From the NCBI RefSeq assembly GCF_030028105.1, contig NC_092383.1, forward strand, positions 87,873,921 through 87,937,920: DNA of 64,000 bases, written 5' to 3'. Below, in pieces: positions 38,301-47,300 of this stretch. The DNA comes from Mobula birostris (Eukaryota). Within the stretch, counting starts at the first letter, position 1. Every line of letters begins with the position of its first letter. Below the pieces are notes generated by a model. That model had not been told where the DNA came from and ran no database searches. It was given only the letters and a program-made list of their open reading frames with translations. A program made the translations under genes and the position numbers.

Positions 38301-41300
38301 TGGAAGTTGGAAACCGGAAGAGGTCAATAACACTGCTGGGTGTTTTTTATAGACCACCCAAGAACAACAGGGACATCAAGGAGCAGATAGGGAGGCAGAT
38401 TCTGGAAAGGTTTAATAATAACAGGGTTGTCATAGTGAGAGATTTTAATTTCCCAAATGTTGATTGGCATCTCCCTAGAGGGGGTTTAGTTGGGGTGGAG
38501 TTTGTTAGGTGTGTTCAGAAAGGTTTCTTGACACAATATGTAGATAAGCCTACAAGAGGTGAGGCTGTACTTGATCGGGTATTGGGAAATGGACCTGGTC
38601 AGGTGTCAGATCTCTCTGTGGGAAAGCATTTTGGAGATAGTGATCACAATTCTATCTCCTTTACCATAGCACTGGGGGAAGATAGGAACAGACAAGTTAG
38701 GAAAGCATTTAATTGGAGTAAGGGGAGATACGAAGTTATCAGGCAGGAACTTGGAAGCAAAAATTGGGAACAGATGTTCTCAGGGAAATGGACAGCAGAA
38801 ATGTGGCAAATGTTCAGGGGATATTTGCATGACGTTCTGCATAGGTACATTCCAATGAGACAGGGAAAGGATGGTCGGTACAGGAACAAAGGCTGTTGAA
38901 AATCTAGTCAAGAGAAAAAGAAAAGCATATGAAAGGTTCAAAAAACTAGGTAATGTTAGAGATCTAGAAGATTGCAAGGCAAGCAAGAAGGAGCTTAAGA
39001 ATGAAATTAGGAGAGCCAAACGGAGCCATGAGAAGGCCTTGGTGAGCAGGATTAAGGAAAACCCCAAGGCATTCTACAAGTATGTGAAGAACAAGAGGAT
39101 AAGACATGAGAGAATAGGACCAATCAAGTGTGACAGTGGAAATGTGTGTGGAACCTGAGGGGGTAGCAGAGGTACTTAATGAATACTTTGCTTCAGGATC
39201 TTGTTGATTATAGGATGATTTACAGCAGATTGAAAAGCTTGAGCAGGTAGACATTAAGAAAGAGGACGTGCTGGAGCTTTTGGAAAGCATCAAGTTGGAT
39301 AAGTCTTCGGGACCAGATGAAATGTATCCCAGGCTACTGTGGGAGGTGGGGGAGGAGATTGCTGAGCCTCTGGCAATGATCTTTGCATCATCAATGGGGA
39401 TGGGAGAGGTTCCGGAGGATTGGAGGGTTGCAGATATTCTAGAAAGGGAGTAGAGATAGCCCAAGAAATTATAGACCAGTGAGTCTTATTTCAGTGGTTG
39501 GTAAACTGATGGAAAAGACTTGAGAGGCAAAATTTATGAACATTTGGAGAGGCATAATATGATTAGGAATAGCCAGCATGGCTTTGTCAAAGGCAGGTTG
39601 TGCCTAACGAGCCTGATTGAATTTCTTGAGAATGTGACTAAGCACATTGATGAAGGTAGAGCAGTAGATGTAGTGTATATCGATTTCAGCAAGGCATTTG
39701 ATAAGGTACCACATGTAAGACTTATTGAGAAAGTAAGGAAACATGGGATCCAAGGAGACCTTGCTTTGTGGATCCAGAATTGGCTTGCTCATAGACGGCA
39801 AAGAATGGTTGTAAATGGGTCATATCTACATGGAGGTCAGTGACCAGTAGTGTACCTCAGGGATCTGTTCTGGGACCCCTTCTCTTCATGATTTTTATAA
39901 ATGACCTGGGTGAAGAGGTGGAGGGATGGGTTAGTAAATTTTCTGATAACACAAAGGTTGGGGGTGTTGTGGATAGTGTGGAGGGCTGCCAGAGGTTACA
40001 ACAGGACATTAATAGGATGCAAAATTGGGCTGAGAAGTGGCAGATGGAGTTCAACCCAGATAAGCGTGAGGTGGTTCATTTTGGTAGGTCAAATATGATG
40101 GCAGAATATAGTATTAATGGAAAGACACTTAGCTGTGTGGAGGATCAGAGGGTTCTTGGGATTCGAGTCCATAGGACACTCAAAGCTGCTGCGCAGGTTG
40201 ACTCTGTGGTTAAGAAGGCATACGGTGCATTGACCTTTATCAACCACGGAATTCAATTCAAGAGCCGAGAGGTAATGTTACAGCTATATAGGACCCTGGT
40301 CAGACCCCACTTGGGGCACTGTGCTCAGATCTGGTCACCTCACTACAGAAAGGATGTGGAAACTATAGAAAGGGTGCAGAGGAGATTTACAAAGATGTTG
40401 CCTGGGTTAGGGCGCATGACTTATGAGAATAGGTTGAGTGAACTCGGCCTTTTCTCCTTGGAGCGGCGGAGGATGAGAGGTGATCTGATAGAGGTGTATA
40501 AGATGATGAGAGGCATTGATTGAGTGGATCATCAGAGGCTCTTTCCCAGGGCAGAAATGGCAATCATGAGAGGGCACAGTTTTAAGGTGCTTGGAGGTAG
40601 GTACAGAGGGGATGTCAGGGGTAAGTTTTTTACGCAGAGAGTGGTGAGTGCATGGAATGGGCTGCCAGCAATGGTGGTGGAGTCGGATACGATAGGGTCT
40701 TTTAAGAGACTCCTGGATAGGCACATGGAGCTTAGTAAAATAGAGGGCTATGGGTAACCCTAGTAATTTCTATAGTAAGTACATGTTCGGCACAACATTG
40801 ACGGCTGAAAGGCCTGTATTGTGCTGCAGGTTTTCTATATTTCTAGTAGATATTTGGGGCCAAGATTCTTCATCAGGAGTGGAAAAGAAGGGGGAAGATG
40901 CCAGAATAAGAAGGTGGGGGGAGAGGAAGGAGGACAAGCTGGAACATGATAGGTAAAGCCGGATGAGTGGGAGGAAGGTGGGGGTGAAGTAAGAAGCTAG
41001 GAGGTGATATGTAGAAAAAACAAACAGCTGGAGAAGAAGGAATTTTACAAGAGAGGAGAATGAATCATGGGAGAAAGGGAAGGAGAAAGGCACCCAGTGT
41101 GAGGTGATAGGCAGATGAGGAGAAGAAGTAGGAAGCTTGATTGGGGAAATGAAGAAGAAGTGAGGGGGAGGGCAAAAATTACCAGAATTTAGGTTCGCTG
41201 CTGTCACGTTATTCCTTTTTATTTTGCTATTCATTAATTTTTGTAATTTAATGTCTTTTCACTGCACTGCTGCCACAAAACAACAAATTTCATGTCATGT

Positions 41301-44300
41301 AAGTCTCCAACATGAAGTTGGAGAAATCGATGTTCATGCCATCAGGTTGGAGGGTTCCTAGACTTAGTAATACAGTGGATTTCGTTGCTAGTTAGTGATG
41401 AACTATTGATCAGTGATGAGCATTTTCTGAGGTCTAATTGTGTGAATCCAGGATTACTTGACTCTATTTATAATTAATTCTTAACAGAAGCAATCGTTTT
41501 CCATTAATAGACTTACATAGTTGACAAAGGATTACAACAGGAACAAATTTGGAGTTGAAATGTATATTCCTTAGTGTTTCCTCAAGTACAAACAGGATTA
41601 TTTGCAACATATACAAAATGCTGAAGGAACTCAGTAGGCCAGGCAGAATCTATGGGGGATGGGGGATATACAGTTGCCTTTATGGACCAAGAACCATCGT
41701 GAGGATTGGAAAGGAAGGGGAAAGAAGCCAGAATAAGAAGGTGGGAGGAAGGGGAAGGAGAAAATGTGATATACAAGATCAGATGTGGGTAGGGAGAGGG
41801 CGATGAAGTAAAAAGTCAGGAGGCAACAGGTGGAAGAGGTAAAAGGTGACCAACCTACCCCATCTCTTGCTCTCACTTGTCACCTGCTGTACTTGTTCTC
41901 CTTCACCTCCCTCCCCCCCACCTTCTTATTCTGGCTTCTTCCCCCTTCCTTTCCACTCCTAACGAAACAACAACAGTCTATTCCTCTCCATGGTTGCTGA
42001 TTGATCCACTGAGCTCCTCCAGCAGTTTGTGTGTGTTGCTTTGGATCTCCAGAATCTCAAAGTTCACAAGTTCACCGACTACAACCCTGAGTTTAATCTT
42101 CTTATGGGCAATCACAGTATGTACCAGAAGCACAATAGAATTGTTGAAAGACCATACCCAACAGGATGGAAAAGCAACCAATGTGTAAAGGACAAAAAAC
42201 TGTACATATACAAAAAGAAAAATAATAATAATTATCATAAGTAAACAAACAATAAATATTGAGATCATGAGATGAAGGAAGTGAGTCCATAGGTGTGGAA
42301 ACTGTCCAGTGATGGGGCGAGTGAAGTTATCCCCTCTGGTTCGAGAACCTGATGGTTGAGGGGTAATAACTGTTCCTGAACCTTGTGTCGTGGGTCTTGA
42401 GACTCCTCTACCTTCTTCTTGATGGCAGCAGTGAGAAGAGAGCATGGCCTGAATAGTGGGGGCCCTTGATGATAGATGCTGTTTTCCTGTACCCGTGATC
42501 CATGTAGATGTGCTCAATGGTGGGGCGGGCTTTACCCGAAATGGATTGAGCCGTATCCACTACTTTTTATAGGCTTTTCTATTCAAGGGCATTGGTCTTC
42601 CCATACCAGTCTGTGATGTAGCCAATCAGTATACTCTCTACCACACATCCATAGAAGTTGGTCAAAGTTTTAGATGGCATGTCGATTCTTCACAATCGTC
42701 TAAGAAAACAGAGGCGCTGCCATGCTTTCTTTATAATGGCACTTATGTGCTGGCTCCAGGACAGATTCTCTGAAATTGTAACCAAGAAATTTAAAGTTAC
42801 TGACCCTCTCCACCCCGATGAAGGATGTCTCACGGGCCACTAGCTTCATTCTACTGAAGTCAATAATCATCTCCCTGGTCATGCTGACATTGAGTGAGAG
42901 GCTCACGTGTTTAGGATAATTAGTAAAATTCTGGAATTTAACTGTGTTCAAATGTATATCATATTGGTATTTACCAGATCAAAAACATAGCGTAATACTG
43001 GAGAACCAGAAATTTTCAGTGTGCCCATTAGTCTAGGTCTGTTAATGTCTTCGTTGAATTTTGCAGGATGACACTTATATCCCAATGGCATATTATACTT
43101 GCAATTGCCTTGTCAGTTCTTTTCCTGCTGCTCATTACTGCCATGATTATTTGTGCAAAGCTCAGGCAGAAGATAAAGACTGGTAAGTTTAGTTAAGTAT
43201 CAAGATGATGTCAAATGATGGTTTAAAAATTGCTCTCCTCTCTGATGTGCCTTTCACAAATTCAGACCATTCACCTAGTCTACAAAAGCAACCAGTTTAT
43301 ACATCTGCAAAGCACTGGTTAGACAACACCTTGATAGAGGTGTACAAGATGATGAGGCATTGCTAGAGTGGACATCCAGAGCCTATTACCCAGGATGACA
43401 ATGACTAATATGAGAAGGCATACATTTAAGGTGATTGGAGGAAAGTATGGGCGGGGCATATCCGAAGTGTTATTTAATATACAGAGTGGAATGCACTCCC
43501 GGCAACGGTGGTAGAGACAAATACACTTGGGCCATTTAAGAAACTCTTAGATAGACACGTGGATGAAAGAAAAGTGGAGGACTATGGGCAAGGGGAAAAG
43601 AGAAGGGTTAGAATGGTCTTGCTACTGCTACTACTACTACGTCGACTCAGGCCTAGGGGGCCGGCGTCAGGCACGATGAAGGACTCTCCACTTCCCCCTC
43701 TCCCTCATCAGTGTGTTCGGTTCATCTACATTAGCCGCGCTGCTGTCTTCTAGGGGCGTGTTGACCATGGTCTTGGGAGGACGCCCAGGGTTCATCCTCC
43801 CGTGTTTGGGCTCCCATATGACGACTAGGCTGGCAGGTAGCTCTTGGAATGGTCTTGGAAGTAGGTTAAAATGTCGACACAGCATTGAAATTCCAATAAC
43901 CTGTTTCATGCTGCATGTCTCTACAAAAACGATACCTGTGTCGGACGGTTGAAAGCTCTAAAAGATGATGGAAGTATTTTGGTTATACCTAGAATGAACA
44001 AGAATATTTTTCTTTGAAAGCCGCACAAACAAAGTGATGAAAGCGTCAAACCAGGAGTTAAGTGAAGTAGTTGAAAAGCAGAAGAAGCCATCCTGTTTCT
44101 CAATAGATTCAGACATTTACGCAATGTTATTTCATTTTGTAACTCCAAGTGCAGTTTATTGACATGTGAACAAGTACTTTGAGGTACAAATAGTTCTTCT
44201 TTGAACTGTTGATACTCCATTCAGTGGAAATTATTCGGAATTGTAAAGTCTGGTGTCAAGCTGTTCTGGTCAAGAAGTTATTCATTTATCAGAAGAATGT

Positions 44301-47300
44301 TAATAAGCTGGATGTCAATAAGCAGAAAATATTCATGAGAACATGACCAAGATTGGAGAGCTTGAGTAATAAAGAGAAGCTGGTAATGTTGGGACATTTT
44401 TTCCTGAAGCCTATGAGTTTGAAGGGTGACCTTACACTGTATATAAAATCATGAGGGATGTAGATAAATTGAATAGCTACACTTACTCCCCATGGTAGGA
44501 CGAGTTCTGAGGCCTCCATTCATCAGGGTCGGCAATGGATGCTGTGTCCTAGTTGTCTTGATATGCAAGCATGGGCAGCACGATATGGAGAGCAAGCTGT
44601 TGCCCAGGCAGCAAGCTTCCCCTCTCCACGTATCTGATTAACCCAAAGGAATGGCAGGGACCGATACAGTTTGCCATGTACGGCATCGCAAGAATTGCTA
44701 GTCAGCACTGAACTCCACATATGACTGCCTTAGGGACTCCAGATCTGGATTTTTCTCTTGGGGTTTACACCCAAAGCCTTCCCCATGAGTGGACATAGCC
44801 AGAAAGCAGCGGAAGTATGAGATCAGAGTTTTCCTTCTCGTGGATGAGCTGCCAACCACAGCTGATAAGCCCCATCTGCCTGAAGTAGGAGAAGTTAAAA
44901 GAATGGATTTAATGTGAGAGGAGGGAAAACTTAAAAAGGAACCTGAGAGACAATTTTTTTCCACACAGAGGGTGGTAGACATATGGAAAGAGCTGCCAGG
45001 GAAGCTGCAGAGGTAGATACACTTACATTTAAAAGACATTTGGACAGGCACATAAATAGGAATGGCCAAGAGGGATATGGAGCAAATGCAGACTAATGGG
45101 ACTAGTTCAGATGGATATCTCAGTTGGTTGGCATGGATTTAACATTGTACTGTGGTAGATTAATTTAGTATTTTGTACAGAATGCACTAGTATTACCACA
45201 ATTCAGGTTACAGAATTCACAGACAACTTTCAGATGCAGAATAAAATACACTTCACAAATTTTGTGTGAACAAAGTAAATAAGTCTGCATTTTTTAGATT
45301 AGATAATCTTGATGTACGTTCAGATGATGTGGCTTCACTTTTCAGAAACAACATGATACCCTTTATCCTGGAACATAAGTTCCTTGTGAGATAGGGGGTC
45401 CCTGTAGTCCATTGCAATTTCACATGTAACAAGGTTCTGTGAAAAGCCTGTCTTGCATACTGTTCATACAAATGAATTCATTACACAGTGAATTAAGGCA
45501 GTACAAGGTAAAACAACAACAGAATGCAGAATAAAATGTAACAGCTACAGAGAAAGTGCAGTGCAATTAGACAACTAGGCGCAAGATCATAACGAGGTAG
45601 ATTGTGAGACCAACAATCTATCTTATCACACTCGGGAACCATTCAAAAGTTTCACAACTGTGGGATAGAGGCTGTCCTCGAGCATGGCCGCACACGCTTT
45701 CAGATTCTTTTACCATCTGTCCAAAGGAAGAAAGGAGAAGAGAGAATGGCTGTGGTGGGTGGGGTCTTGGATTATTTTGGCTGCCTTACGCCTCTGCATT
45801 CGAGTGGTCTCTCTCCTTCAATATTGTCCAAGGATGTTTCCAGCATTCTGTGATTTATGGATTGGTCTGTGGACTGTGGGGTTTTCAGTTTTATGGTGTT
45901 AATGTTCTGTGTTTTCGCCTGCTTGTTCTTATGCCGTTTGGCACGATTTGTTAGTTGTTTTTGTGTGTGGGGGTTGGATTGGGGGTTGATATTCTTCTTG
46001 CTGTTTGTGTGATTTTTTCGCATGGGGGGGGTTGATGACTGTGTTGCCATCTTTCCTTGTTGCTGTTTGGCACTATTTGTTAGTTTCTTTGTGCAGCGGA
46101 GTTTGAGGGTTGATGTTCCTGTTGCTGTTTGCGTGATATTTTTCACATGGGGGGTTGATAATCATGGTGCCTTTCTTTCTTGTTGCCATTTGGCATGATT
46201 TGTTAGATTTTTGTGCCGGGAGGGGGATTGCGTTTTGATGTTCTTGCTGGATGCATGATGTGTTTTTTGTGTGGGGGGGGGGTTGATGTTTTTCTTTGAA
46301 CAACTTCCATGGCTTTGTTTCATGGCTATCTGAAGAAGACAAATCTCAGAGTTATATACTGCATATATACTTTGATAATAAATTAACCTCTGAACCCTTA
46401 AACCTTTGAGGTATAGACAAAGACCATAGAGAGGAGGCTGGTTGCCGTGATTTGTTGATGTGTGCCCTGCAGTTCCTGTGGGCAAGGGCACAGCATCAAA
46501 TATGACATCAATGAATAAACCTAACAGTAACCTTCCCAAATCTGAACTCAAGGAAATTATTGTTACATTTTCCAGGTACAAATGGACAGAGGATTAACGG
46601 TGCAGAAAATCTAGTAAGTTGATGCCACTTCATGTAAGAAACAGGGGAGAGTAGCCAACTCTGCTTGAAGATATTCCAAGAGATTCACACGACACATAGG
46701 TCACACGACAAGACTGTAACATAGTACATTAGTCATAAGCTGTCCATTCTTAACCTTCTCCACTGCCAAACTCAAAAAGAACATCGCATAGTCTCTGGGG
46801 AGACTACAACCCAATGGTATGAACACTGGGTTTGTCAGTTTCAGCTTACTCACACTTCATTTTCCCTTCCTACTCCTACCAATCCACCTCCCTCTTCCTT
46901 TGTTCACATTTCCCTTTTCCCTCTGCCCATCATATATTCACATATTTATCCACCTGGGTTTCTTCTCCCTTGGCCTTACCCTTCCTATCCCTTTCCCCAT
47001 CTGGTTCCATCTACCCATCATCCTTTCCTTATTAAATTCCAGCGTCTGACTTCACCTTCTCCCTCCCCTCAACCCCACCTAACTCTTTACTTGTCCTTAT
47101 CTGTTCTTCCTGATTGCCCACAGGTCTCTTGTCTCTGAACTCCCCTCTCCTCCACCTCTACCTGCCCATTAACCCTACGTCATCTGGTTCCACCTATTAC
47201 CTACCATCTCCTGCCTCTATGCTCCCTCTCACTTCTTTATACTGACGGTCTTCTTTCAAAACTGTCACCCAGATGCAGAGTTTTGATTGCTTGGCCTGCT

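Noticed and set aside
40770-41234. 154-aa S/P/F/L-rich ORF (and similar ORFs at 397-705, 46819-47049, 49153-49512)
   Set aside because: Stop-poor pyrimidine tracts of Penelope remnants.
45930-46300. CRISPR-like repeat/spacer appearance (also 50892-51570)
   Set aside because: Vertebrate context; the units are diverged along their whole length with no unique spacers and no cas genes.
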